Part shown: positions 19,500 to 29,397 of the stretch, in pieces
Position numbering within the stretch: position 1 is the stretch's first letter
Layout: each line of letters starts with the position of its first letter
Source of the DNA: an uncultured archaeon
Lineage (GTDB): Archaea; Asgardarchaeota; Lokiarchaeia; Sigyniarchaeales; SOKP01
Assembly: GCA_964508365.1 (NCBI GenBank)
Contig: CAZDTP010000007.1
Coordinates: forward strand, 32,001 to 96,000
DNA length: 64,000 bases
Reading direction: 5' to 3'
Notes under the pieces: model-generated
What the model was told of the DNA's origin: nothing
Database searches by the model: none
Seen by the model: only the letters and a program-made list of their open reading frames with translations
Program-made: the position numbers and the translations under genes

Positions 19500-20192
19500 T
19501 TATTTAATGTTGAGAATTGCTCCTTTTTCCATTTTAACAACTTTATCAGCATAGGACGCTAAGGAACCTCTATGGGTTACAACTATTACAGTAGTTTCCA
19601 TATCTTTATTGATTTCCTTTAACAGATCCATAACTTGCTTTTCAGATTCCGGATCGAGATTTCCCGTAGGTTCATCAGCTAAAAGTACTCTGGGTCGATG
19701 GATAATGGCTCTAGCGAGACCACACCTTTGTTTTTCGCCACCAGACATCTGAACTGGATAATGATCTTTTCTTTCAAGTAAGTTCACTTCTCTTAACGCA
19801 GCTATCGCTCGGTTTTCAATTTCTTTTTCTCGTAAAACTGTTGGCCATAAGAGGGCTTCAACATTTTCAATTGCTGTTAGAGTAGGTATTAAGTTAAAAT
19901 CTTGAAAAACAAAACCGATTTTTTGTCTCCTTATCCGGCTTAATCTATCTTCTGTAGCCCTCGCTATATTTTCTCCATCAAATATTATTTTTCCAGAATC
20001 AGGTATGTCGATTCCGCTTAAAACATTAAGGAGCGTACTTTTACCACATCCCGTTGGACCCTGAACTAATACAAATTCACCTGCTTTAATACTAAGGCTT
20101 ACATCAGCTAAAGCTCTAATTATTGCTCCGGATCTTCTATATTCTTTATTAACATCGATTGCTTCAATCATGGTATCTTTATCTATTGGCAT
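19500..20192 (-). CDS. ABC transporter ATP-binding protein, MacB/LolD/FtsE family
   Basis: GPTGCGKS, GFVFQDFNL, MSGGEKQR, LLADEPTGNLD, VVTH. Confidence 0.95.
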   Translation of the reverse strand: MPIDKDTMIEAIDVNKEYRRSGAIIRALADVSLSIKAGEFVLVQGPTGCGKSTLLNVLSGIDIPDSGKIIFDGENIARATEDRLSRIRRQKIGFVFQDFNLIPTLTAIENVEALLWPTVLREKEIENRAIAALREVNLLERKDHYPVQMSGGEKQRCGLARAIIHRPRVLLADEPTGNLDPESEKQVMDLLKEINKDMETTVIVVTHRGSLASYADKVVKMEKGAILNIK

Positions 20193-20205
20193 TTTTTAAT
20201 CCTCC

Positions 20206-20760
20206 TCATTCACCTACTTTTTTTAATGCAATTATTGGCCTTACTTTCAAGATTTTCCGATTCGCTAAAACAATTGCTACCATTTGAACTACGATAAATA
20301 TAAAACTCGTTAAAATTACAGGAATTAACCCAATTAATGTCAATGGGAGAGATACTGATATAGCAGCAGATTGAAGATAACCAATTACTGCAGTATAGTG
20401 AAACAAGAGTTCAATGACTATGATAAATCCCATTAATGTCGTAAATAGGATTTTACCTGTAACCAATGAATTGATATTTTTGTTTGTATAGCCAATGCAT
20501 TTTAATGTTGCCCAGGTTCTCCTATTTCGAGACACGATAATCCACGCGTAAAGTAACGATAAAAATAGACTTGTTCCAAAAAAAATCAATACAAAATATC
20601 CCGCAATTTCACCAATTTCACCTGTAATAGCCAATTCCCAAAATAAACTCGTAATGAAAATCAACGAGGTGTAAATTAGCGTAAAAACAGAAAATAATTT
20701 CTTTTCTCTCAGAGTCATTAGAACCGCTTTTTTCCACATTCTAAAAGCCATAAATTTCAC
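20206..20760 (-). CDS. Minimal FtsX/MacB-like ABC permease (4 TM, no large extracellular domain)
   Basis: RNRRTWATLKCIGYTNKNI coupling-helix motif, LLKVRP-like C-terminal motif; 13 bp from the ATPase gene. Confidence 0.75.
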   Translation of the reverse strand: MKFMAFRMWKKAVLMTLREKKLFSVFTLIYTSLIFITSLFWELAITGEIGEIAGYFVLIFFGTSLFLSLLYAWIIVSRNRRTWATLKCIGYTNKNINSLVTGKILFTTLMGFIIVIELLFHYTAVIGYLQSAAISVSLPLTLIGLIPVILTSFIFIVVQMVAIVLANRKILKVRPIIALKKVGE

Positions 20761-20802
20761 CGTTTGCTAAAAATTAATTTTTTATATGAATTGTTTGTAT
20801 AG

Positions 20803-20810
20803 TTATATAA
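20803..20810. promoter_or_regulatory. Palindromic TATA-like element TTATATAA in the divergent profilin/permease intergenic region
   Basis: Located 28 nt upstream of the profilin ATG (20839) in a gap of only about 70-80 bp. Confidence 0.35.
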
Positions 20811-20829
20811 TAAGATTATTATTTTAATT

Positions 20830-21243
20830 TTGGGTATCATGTCTGTAGAAATTGAATCAATTATTGATGATCTCCTCTCTGAAGAAGAAAATATTTTTGG
20901 AGTAGCAATTATTAACAAATCTGGCACGCTTATCACACAAACTGAAAATTGGAATCTTAGCAACGATTTAGAAACGATTAACGAATTGCTTGGAGCCAAA
21001 TTAGAGTTGGGACAACGAGGTATGACAAGTCTAACAATTCAAGGAATTAAATATATGATCGTCGAAAATACTGAAGAAAGAAAGATCGGAACCAATATTA
21101 CGGGAAAAGGTCATGTTATTATATCACCAATTCCAATAGGTGGAACGGGTGCGTTAATTTGTTATATAAATCCTCAAGCCGGACCCCGAGACGCCTTATT
21201 TACCGTTCAATCTTACGCATTGAAACTACAAAAGCTAGTATAA
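20830..21243 (+). CDS. Asgard (Loki-type) profilin; likely start ATG 20839
   Basis: IIDDLL..EE....AII...G..ITQTENWN.SNDL; QGIKYMIVENTEERKIGTNITGKGH; PIPIGGTGALI.Y.NP.AGPRD match the Lokiarchaeal profilin sequence as I recall it. Confidence 0.9.
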   Translation: MGIMSVEIESIIDDLLSEEENIFGVAIINKSGTLITQTENWNLSNDLETINELLGAKLELGQRGMTSLTIQGIKYMIVENTEERKIGTNITGKGHVIISPIPIGGTGALICYINPQAGPRDALFTVQSYALKLQKLV

Positions 21244-21365
21244 ATTTTTTTATCCTTTTTTTATAGAATTGACAATGTTATCCTCATAATTAACTAGTCT
21301 GAAAATAAATCTCTAATAATAAATCTTTAATTATAAATATTGATTCACAAATTATATAAAAAAAA

Positions 21366-21761
21366 TTGACAAAAGAGAGAAAAAAAATGCTAAATCAAAT
21401 AGATGAGGTCTTATTCTCATATCTTATAACCTATCTACCGAACGTACTATCAATTACTTTCAATATTGTACTCCTAGTTTTTGCGATCTTAATATGTAAG
21501 AGAAATTCATATAGTTATGGAATTACACTTATGCTCTCTTCAATCATATCATTAGCTTCAGAAATTATCTATATTTTCATTCAATATCCAATTTTGAGAT
21601 ATCGATTGCAGGTAGAATTAGGGTTTCCTATGGGTGTAGTGATGCTAATAGTTACGACTGTATTTCTCGTTCTTATGAGTTTAAATGCGACAAGTGCAAT
21701 ATTGATGGTTGTCTCAATATCTCTGATATATAAAACCCATAAAAAAGATAGAATTGATTAG
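21366..21761 (+). CDS. Small membrane protein (3 TM)
   Basis: Three hydrophobic segments; likely start at the internal ATG (MLNQIDE). Confidence 0.6.
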   Translation: MTKERKKMLNQIDEVLFSYLITYLPNVLSITFNIVLLVFAILICKRNSYSYGITLMLSSIISLASEIIYIFIQYPILRYRLQVELGFPMGVVMLIVTTVFLVLMSLNATSAILMVVSISLIYKTHKKDRID

Positions 21762-21828
21762 AATTGCAATCCTTACAATAGATTCAAAGAAATATCCAGA
21801 CTTACAGAGCTAACACATCTCATTTTTT

Positions 21829-22929
21829 TTAAATCTTTATTTTGGTCCAATAAGGATTTAACAAGTTTTTAAGAAAGGTTTTAATTTTATCTATCTCCTT
21901 CCTCTTAGAATCGTCTAAAAATGATAGATTTTTCTCATAGTCAGGAGGTTCGTACTTTTCCTTTAATAAAGCTTTAATTATAGCTTCAACACAAAATGGT
22001 AATCCAATTATGTCATAACCTCCTTCTAATATGAAAGAAATTTTACCTTCACATATATTTTCAGCAATTTTTAAAATTTTATCCGCAAATTTGTTGTAAG
22101 CAATACTGGTTAACGAGCAATTACCAATAGGATCGGCGTAATACATATCAAATCCCGTAGCAACAACGATAAGAGCGGGCTGGAATTCATTGAGTATTGG
22201 GTCTAATAAGTCAAGACAATAATAAAAATCTTCATTAGTTATTCCTTCTGGCACGGGAAAATTAATATTTTTACCAATTCCTTCATCCATTCCAAGTTCG
22301 TCAACCATTCCTAAATCTCCTTCAGTAAAGTCAAACTCGTGTATAGAAAAGTAAAGAACGGAGGGATCGTCGTAGAAATATTGAGCTAAACCATCTCCGA
22401 AATGGTCATCTATGTCAATTATTGCAATTTTCTCGCTAAAACTTAACTTTTTGCGCAAATATAGAATTGAATTAGCAATATTGTTAAAAATGCAGAGTCC
22501 TGATGATTTTTCTCTATGGGCATGATGTCCTGGAGGTCTGATTAAAGCAAACGACTGAGTAAAACTGTTCTTTACTACTCCTTCAATCGCTTCTATCGCA
22601 CCACCAACTGCTTTTTTAGCTAAATCGAATGTATCCTCAGTAACAAACACCTCTTCATCGAGTAACCCGCCACCTACGTCAGATATTTTTTTTATTGTTT
22701 CTATATGATATTTCGAATGAGCTAGTTCTAAAATCGCATCATCAATTTTTTTTGGTTTAACTTTTACTACGCGATTATCTTTAAAAATTCCATTTCTTTC
22801 AAGATGATTCAAAATACAGTTAATTCTAACGGGATGTTCAAACGATATAAAAGATGGTTTAGGGTATGGAGGAATGTGTTTGGACCCAAAATCATCGTCA
22901 AGAATAATACCTATTTTTTTCTCTGGCAT
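21829..22929 (-). CDS. Histone deacetylase / acetylpolyamine amidohydrolase family zinc hydrolase
   Basis: EHPVR, RPPGHHA, GLCIFNN, DIDDHFGDG, GFD, LEGGY. Confidence 0.93.
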   Translation of the reverse strand: MPEKKIGIILDDDFGSKHIPPYPKPSFISFEHPVRINCILNHLERNGIFKDNRVVKVKPKKIDDAILELAHSKYHIETIKKISDVGGGLLDEEVFVTEDTFDLAKKAVGGAIEAIEGVVKNSFTQSFALIRPPGHHAHREKSSGLCIFNNIANSILYLRKKLSFSEKIAIIDIDDHFGDGLAQYFYDDPSVLYFSIHEFDFTEGDLGMVDELGMDEGIGKNINFPVPEGITNEDFYYCLDLLDPILNEFQPALIVVATGFDMYYADPIGNCSLTSIAYNKFADKILKIAENICEGKISFILEGGYDIIGLPFCVEAIIKALLKEKYEPPDYEKNLSFLDDSKRKEIDKIKTFLKNLLNPYWTKIKI

Positions 22930-23023
22930 ATTATAAAAATTGGAAATGTTAGAATGACTAAACTCTTATATTAATATTTGCATACTAATATTAAAAAATA
23001 ATTCCAAATTTAAAAAAAAAGGT

Positions 23024-25261
23024 TTGAGAATAGAAATGAACTTTGTTGAAATAGTTGCAATGTTCTTACTTAATGCTATTCCTATAATTATACTCGTTAT
23101 CCCGTATTTTTTCATACGAAAAAAGCTTGCTGGGAAAATATATTTTAGAATAATACTAGGGATCATGATTTTTTACCTAGTTTACTGGGTCCTTCCAATA
23201 ATATTTCAAGTAGGAACCCCTCCATTAGAATTAGAATTGCAAGCTGGCGATGTAGGTAATATAGGTCTAGGAATAGGATACATAATCGCTCATGTTGGTT
23301 CTTTAATCGCATTATTTGCTTACTACCCTCTTGTAACACTTCCATTCATATTCTTTGTAGCGCCCTTTATTTCAATTATCTATGTAAGGAACCGTATAAA
23401 GAAAGAAGTTGGAACGAAAAGCGAAAAATTGAAAAGCTTAACATATCAGATTATCGATAGTCCTTACAAGAGAATTAGAACAGATCTGTTTAAAGGTGAC
23501 TGGTCAAGAGAAAAAGACATCTTAAAGCTCCTTATCGTCCTTTTACCTATTTCTTTATATTTATTACAAGTTCTCCTTAAAATTACTGGAGTTCAATCAG
23601 CATCTATAGCTGATGACGCTAACGCTTTGGGTTGGTTTATTGAAATCTTATTTGTGTACCTCGCGACTTTCATTTTTAGTTTAGAAATATTGTTAAGTTC
23701 CCAGATCGCATTAAGAGGACGATACTTCGGAGAAAATATCAGAGAGCAAACTTATAGGAGTTTATACACAGTTGGTGCACCAATATCTATTTTATCCATC
23801 ATTCTATTCCTCGTAGAAGATTTTGGTTCAATTGGATTGATAATATATTTCTTTGCATATTTTTTTATGGCGTCGTTTATTTTTATTCTGTTCCTTAAAA
23901 TTTTTGAACCAATATCGATAATAATATTCATAAAAATAATCAATTGGTGGAAAAATAAAAAGGAAAGCAAGAAAAAAATAAATATCACTAATGTCTATTA
24001 CGGGATCGTTTTCAGTTGTTTAGCTTTTTTCATTTTTTTCATATTAAATAATTTTGTATTTGGCTCAGCTTTTCTCTTAATATTTGACGACCCAGAAAAC
24101 ATAATTAATTCGGCTAATTTTACTACAAGCGGTTCAGTCTATTTACACGAAAGTTTGGGATTTGATTTAATGAACATTTTCAATTTCGTAGCATTAATTG
24201 TGGTTTCGTTAATCATCGCTGTAATCTTTCTTAATCTTACTCTTAGGTTTACGAAAAGCATGTTTTTAGGGATCATCTCCTTTCTACCTATTTTAATCCT
24301 GCTTTCGATATTCTTCGTGATACTGGGTGGAAATGGGATGATAAATTTCGCACCAGATACATATTGGATAACTGGACAATCAAGTTATACTTCGATTTTT
24401 GGGTTTAATTTCTATACTTTAAGAACTGCGGGATTCACAGCAGATTTAACGGGAATCTTGTATTATCTTGCCATTCCTTACCAAATAACACAGTACATAT
24501 TCAATATTATCTTCTGGAGCTTACTGATATACTATATAAGAAAGAACTTTAGAGTAACTAATGTAGGTATCGACGAAAGACACTTAGAAAAGGTGATATT
24601 CTCGTCAATAACTGAATTTCCAAGCTACGAAGATTATTCGAAAGGTAAAATTCGTTATTTGATAACCAGAAGTGAAGATGTTGCTCTGAAGAATTTAGCT
24701 CTCGAACGAGACGAAGTAAAATCCTTATTAACATCTGTTGAAACTGAAAAAATATTAGAAGATCTTAAACCCACGGACAAAAAGGAGATGGAGCGATTTT
24801 ACTTTACGCTCAAATACTTGTACAACAATAATTACATTGATGTTTTAAAACAAGAGTTCAGTTACATTTTTGAAAAAGCTGAAAAGCAAGGGCTTTACAT
24901 TATATACGATGATGGTAGAGGAATTTTTGATTATAATTTCGCGGAGGATTACAATCACGATCCTGGTATTGTTTCGGGTATGTTTTCAGCAATAACTTCC
25001 TTTATTAAAGAAACTACTAAGTCTCAAGAACTGTTAAAAACAATTGACCACGGCGATATTACCATCTTAATCGAATATGGAAAGCGCATTTTTGGAGCTT
25101 TATTTATTAAGGGAAAACAAACTACAGAAGTTCGCTCTTCCTTAAAAGAGTTAGTGAACACATTTGAAGCCAAGTATGCAGATGTCTTAGCAGATTGGAG
25201 CGGAGCGTTAATATATTTCAAAGAGGACAATAAATTAGTAGAAAATATTTTCAAAGATTAA
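23024..25261 (+). CDS. Polytopic membrane protein with C-terminal longin-like domain
   Basis: About 11-12 TM segments in aa 1-500; C-terminus GLYIIYDDGRGIF..DPGIVSGMFSAITSFIKE..TIDHGDITILIEYG..IFGALFI..FEAKYADVLADWSG. Confidence 0.75.
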   Translation: MRIEMNFVEIVAMFLLNAIPIIILVIPYFFIRKKLAGKIYFRIILGIMIFYLVYWVLPIIFQVGTPPLELELQAGDVGNIGLGIGYIIAHVGSLIALFAYYPLVTLPFIFFVAPFISIIYVRNRIKKEVGTKSEKLKSLTYQIIDSPYKRIRTDLFKGDWSREKDILKLLIVLLPISLYLLQVLLKITGVQSASIADDANALGWFIEILFVYLATFIFSLEILLSSQIALRGRYFGENIREQTYRSLYTVGAPISILSIILFLVEDFGSIGLIIYFFAYFFMASFIFILFLKIFEPISIIIFIKIINWWKNKKESKKKINITNVYYGIVFSCLAFFIFFILNNFVFGSAFLLIFDDPENIINSANFTTSGSVYLHESLGFDLMNIFNFVALIVVSLIIAVIFLNLTLRFTKSMFLGIISFLPILILLSIFFVILGGNGMINFAPDTYWITGQSSYTSIFGFNFYTLRTAGFTADLTGILYYLAIPYQITQYIFNIIFWSLLIYYIRKNFRVTNVGIDERHLEKVIFSSITEFPSYEDYSKGKIRYLITRSEDVALKNLALERDEVKSLLTSVETEKILEDLKPTDKKEMERFYFTLKYLYNNNYIDVLKQEFSYIFEKAEKQGLYIIYDDGRGIFDYNFAEDYNHDPGIVSGMFSAITSFIKETTKSQELLKTIDHGDITILIEYGKRIFGALFIKGKQTTEVRSSLKELVNTFEAKYADVLADWSGALIYFKEDNKLVENIFKD

Positions 25262-25383
25262 TTCCATTTTCTTTATTTTTTTCTTTTTGCTGATTTAATT
25301 GATAACGCCTATTGTATTAATTCACTAGAAAATAAATAGAAGATCTAAAAAACGCTTAAGAAATTCCTAATTCTTTATATTCG

Positions 25384-26184
25384 TTAATCAGGAACACTTG
25401 CAACAGCTCTAACCCAACCAGCGCTTGCCCTAGCTATTTTAATGGGAAAACAATAAATTGTAGCTCCAACAGGTGGAATTTTATCTAAATTTATCATTTT
25501 TTCCATCTGAAAATAACCTAATTCTATCCCTGCGAAGTGACCTTCCCATATTATTGAAGTATCAGGTTTTTTCTCTTTTACTGATTGTTTCCATTTTTTT
25601 GCTGTGAGTGTAAATGGAGCGTCCCAAGACCACGCATCGATTCCAACTACGTGAACGCCTTGTCTAACTATATGTAATGTAGCTTCCTTACCAACTCCAA
25701 CACCATGATTAATATATTCTTTAGTTCCATAATGTTTTGGTGCATTCGTGTGAATGCATAGGATGTCACCCTCTTTTAACCGATGGTCTATACCCTTTAA
25801 TTTATTTTCAATATCTTGAGGAGTCATTATGTATCCTTCCTCGTAATCTGTGCAATCCAGAACAATTAACGGACCAATGCCCCATTCTAATGGAAACTCG
25901 TCGATCGTCATAGCTTTTTTCTCTCCAATTTCTCTATCTTGAACAGGAGCAAAATGCCACGGAGCGTCCATGTGGGTTCCAGAATGCGTACCCAATGTAA
26001 CACTTTCTGTAGTCCACCCCTTTCCAACTGGTAGATGTTCTGGTTTCAACCGAGAAAAGATAAAACCCATCTCTTCAGCGCCTCTATCGTGATCACCATA
26101 CTCAATATGCGGTTGCGTAAGAGGAGGGTCAAATATAAGCTCGTCGGGATTTATAATAGGGATTGAAAGATCAATAAATTTCAT
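25384..26184 (-). CDS. Cyclase family metal-dependent hydrolase (kynurenine formamidase-like)
   Basis: HSGTHMDAPWH motif, GIDAWSWD, QMEKM, RAVA. Confidence 0.9.
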   Translation of the reverse strand: MKFIDLSIPIINPDELIFDPPLTQPHIEYGDHDRGAEEMGFIFSRLKPEHLPVGKGWTTESVTLGTHSGTHMDAPWHFAPVQDREIGEKKAMTIDEFPLEWGIGPLIVLDCTDYEEGYIMTPQDIENKLKGIDHRLKEGDILCIHTNAPKHYGTKEYINHGVGVGKEATLHIVRQGVHVVGIDAWSWDAPFTLTAKKWKQSVKEKKPDTSIIWEGHFAGIELGYFQMEKMINLDKIPPVGATIYCFPIKIARASAGWVRAVASVPD

Positions 26185-26274
26185 TTTTCACACTTCAATG
26201 ATTTAGTTTGTTCTATTATTATAAGAAATCAATGAAGATATTTATTAATCTACGAAAAAAGTTGATTTGTTTAT

Positions 26275-26745
26275 TTAACCCAAGAGTTTATTCGTAAACT
26301 GAATCCTTTTTCGATTGAGAAAAATATATGTAAGAGCAATGCTAAAAATCAAAATAATACCGATGTACAAAATAGATTGTTTAATTATAAAGACAGGAAC
26401 GAGATCTAAAGTAATAAAATAAGTAAAATAGGGGCGCCAGAGAAAGGGTAATATTGGAAGGCGGGTGCTACAACAATAATAGACTTCCGTTCCGTTATTT
26501 TCAGGGATTAGAACATGTGGAAATGAATCAAGATTATTAATTCTTAAATGCTTATAACAATAATCAGGGTTATTGCGATAATTGGAATCAATATACCAAT
26601 TATCACCCAATTGATAAAGTATCCCTGTACCTGATCTTGCTCTTACCACTTCTAAAAAAATTATAGAAATAACAGAAAATGTTAGGATAAATTCAATTAG
26701 CCGTTTTTTCACTACTTTTTTTAAATACCTTTTAGGAAGCCTCAT
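26275..26745 (-). CDS. Hypothetical membrane protein (2 TM with Cys-containing loop)
   Basis: Two hydrophobic segments flanking a loop with YC..YYCC. Confidence 0.5.
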   Translation of the reverse strand: MRLPKRYLKKVVKKRLIEFILTFSVISIIFLEVVRARSGTGILYQLGDNWYIDSNYRNNPDYCYKHLRINNLDSFPHVLIPENNGTEVYYCCSTRLPILPFLWRPYFTYFITLDLVPVFIIKQSILYIGIILIFSIALTYIFLNRKRIQFTNKLLG

Positions 26746-26977
26746 ACAGACGACTATTTATAAGTTGAGATCTCTAACAGCTAAAAAGACATGTATATTA
26801 ATAAAACTATCTTAACTTAATCAAGCAACTGTGAGCCATTACTCCCGATTTTTTTTACTCGACATTCAAATTTAAAAAAAAAGGTGCAGAAAAATAATTA
26901 TTTATAACGCACTAAATAATTTTCGATATTTTAATTAAAAATATATAAATAGTCAACTAAACGTTATATTATTTAGT

Positions 26978-27397
26978 GTGTCAATTTCAGCAAAAACTAT
27001 AAAGGTACTCCTTCTCAGTGGCGTAGTTCTTTTTTTTATTGGAACCTTTTCAATTATTTTTTATTTCATAATGGGTTTTGTAATTGAGATAATTATATCT
27101 CCTTTATATCCTATTATTGGATTGATATTATTCGTTATTGGGGGATTTTTTATTGTAATAACACCAAGGAAGTATTACCATACTATAAAAAGGGGGAATA
27201 AGAGCCCTTTAGAAATAGAATTACTTATTATAGGTTTATGTGGATTAATATTTTGTACTTCTATATCTATAGCTGCTGATATTTATATTTATAGAAATGA
27301 TGGTGTATTTCCCTTTCGAACATTATTATTTTTTACTGCTAGTTTTGTAGGATTTATTACAATAAAAATTAGACGGAAAAAAAAGGCTAAAATTTGA
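26978..27397 (+). CDS. Hypothetical membrane protein (4 TM)
   Basis: Four hydrophobic segments and a basic tail. Confidence 0.5.
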   Translation: MSISAKTIKVLLLSGVVLFFIGTFSIIFYFIMGFVIEIIISPLYPIIGLILFVIGGFFIVITPRKYYHTIKRGNKSPLEIELLIIGLCGLIFCTSISIAADIYIYRNDGVFPFRTLLFFTASFVGFITIKIRRKKKAKI

Positions 27398-27438
27398 TTT
27401 TATTACATGCGAAATTATTAAATACGTTATAAATAGTA

Positions 27439-29178
27439 TTATTCATTCATCTCATATGCGTCCTTTAATGAGTGAACGGTATTCCACACTTTACCAAACC
27501 GCTCAGGATCCACATTAGGTTTTTTAATCATCTTCAAACACCATTCCATCTGCTCAGGAGTAGTACCCGATTTATGATATAGATTCAATGCGTATTTGGA
27601 AAAATCTCTCACTAGAAAATCAAATATTTGATCTAAGGTATCTTCATCAATATCATATATCGTAGCGTTTTCAATGATTAAATGGGCATATACAATAAGA
27701 GAAAAGATTTCGCCAATCCCTGAAAGCATGAAGTCCATATCTTTTTGTTGCTCGACACTAGGAGTAGCTTTAACTCCCATGATGTTAAACATCTTAATTT
27801 GGTCCAAAAATATGTTGACATTGGGTAAATTATATTGCTCAAACGCTGGTTTCCAATCATGAAAACGAACCTTTCCCAATCCACGAGTTGGTCCTTGATT
27901 AAAAAGGAATATATCGTCTTTAGCTTGATCTTGTCGAGGAACTTCTTCATATTTCTTATGATTCATAAAGAAATTTATCATAAATTTCAAGATCAAGGCG
28001 ATATTTACATGAACGGTGCCTTCGAGTTTCGGTAAAGCACGAATATCCTTTGCTGCCATTTCAAAATACATATCTTTTTCGAAACCTTTTGCCGCGATCA
28101 CATCCCATAGAAGATTGATAACTTCCTCTCCTTGAGTAGTCGTTTTCATTTTCATAACGGGAGCATAAAGAAGATATCGACGGTCCTTATCAGATGCTAT
28201 TCTCATATAGTCAGCCGTTCTTAGGCCAAATAATTTCATAGCGATTAATCGAGTGTAAGCATCAACAAAGTTTTGTTTAACGTGCTGAAAATCAGTCACA
28301 TACATATTATAGAGCCTTCGATAAGATGCGTGATGAATTGCTTCATAAAATGCATGGGTGCAAATTCCTATTGAAGCCCATCCTAGGTTATATTTCCCCA
28401 CATTTACCGTATTTAGGGACGAATTCCATGCCTCCTCTCCTTTAGAAAGGATATCTTCTTCGGTTATGGGATAATCGTGAAGTGCAAAATTTGAAACGTA
28501 ATTTTGGCTGTTGCATACATTTTTTATTAATTCATAGTTTTTGTGTTTATAATTGGCTACAAAGAAAACATATTGTGCCTTATTTTTCATGTCATAGGGA
28601 GGGATATTACCGTCTTTATCAGCAAGTTTACCGAAGTTTGAGACCATTTCTGCTTCGTTACCATTGCCAATATAATACTTTTCTCCATTAGCTCTATATG
28701 AACCGTCTTCTTGAGGTGTTAATGCCATTTCAGTGCCGTAAATATCTGCTCCATGTGCTTGCTCAGATAGTCCGAAAGCAAATATAGCTCCCTCCTTAAG
28801 TAATTTCGCTGCTTTCTCCTTTGCTTTTTCATTTTTACTCATCCAGATTGGTCCGAGTCCTAGAATTGTAACCTGCCAAGTATACCAATAACTTAGACCA
28901 TAAAATGCCAGAATTTCATTAAACTCACATACTCTCCATGTATCCCATCGAAAATTCTCATTTTCTCCGTATTGAGAAGGGGTTAATAGATGGGCAAAAA
29001 TTTTATTTCTTTTTTGAAATTCAAGGAAATCAGAATACCATACTCGCTCGTGATCGTCCTCTTTAATTTTCGCTTTCCCTTTGTTTTCAAAAAACTCTAT
29101 GGTTTTAAGCATAATGTCTTTTGACTTCTCGTCCGGATAATACCTTTTATGTTGCTTTGGATTTAATAAAATTGTCAT
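27439..29178 (-). CDS. Acyl-CoA dehydrogenase family protein
   Basis: FGLSEQAHGAD, GEKYYIGNG, LNTVNVGKYNLG, AAKGFEKD, LEGTVHVN. Confidence 0.9.
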   Translation of the reverse strand: MTILLNPKQHKRYYPDEKSKDIMLKTIEFFENKGKAKIKEDDHERVWYSDFLEFQKRNKIFAHLLTPSQYGENENFRWDTWRVCEFNEILAFYGLSYWYTWQVTILGLGPIWMSKNEKAKEKAAKLLKEGAIFAFGLSEQAHGADIYGTEMALTPQEDGSYRANGEKYYIGNGNEAEMVSNFGKLADKDGNIPPYDMKNKAQYVFFVANYKHKNYELIKNVCNSQNYVSNFALHDYPITEEDILSKGEEAWNSSLNTVNVGKYNLGWASIGICTHAFYEAIHHASYRRLYNMYVTDFQHVKQNFVDAYTRLIAMKLFGLRTADYMRIASDKDRRYLLYAPVMKMKTTTQGEEVINLLWDVIAAKGFEKDMYFEMAAKDIRALPKLEGTVHVNIALILKFMINFFMNHKKYEEVPRQDQAKDDIFLFNQGPTRGLGKVRFHDWKPAFEQYNLPNVNIFLDQIKMFNIMGVKATPSVEQQKDMDFMLSGIGEIFSLIVYAHLIIENATIYDIDEDTLDQIFDFLVRDFSKYALNLYHKSGTTPEQMEWCLKMIKKPNVDPERFGKVWNTVHSLKDAYEMNE

Positions 29179-29397
29179 AATAATCTTTTCACCTTATGTT
29201 ATAGTTAACGATTTAATTATAATTTAGAATCACTATTTCAAAATTACCTTTTTTATTTACTTATTTAATTAAATAGTTAGAATTAAAAAGAAGTTATAAT
29301 ATAAAAGGAAAAAATGTCATAAATACTAATAAAAACTTAATTAAAATCCAAGTAAAAAGGCTTAATTAAAACAAAAAAAAAGATTTTACTTGATTTT

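Noticed and set aside
14888-20760. Five co-oriented envelope genes as a single operon
   Set aside because: Gaps of 173-312 bp and T-tract terminators separate them; only permease-ATPase are clearly coupled
14822-29214. Shared TTAACGAT upstream of the acyl-CoA ligase and acyl-CoA dehydrogenase genes as a fatty-acid regulon box
   Set aside because: Only two 8-mers at different spacings in AT-rich DNA; not significant
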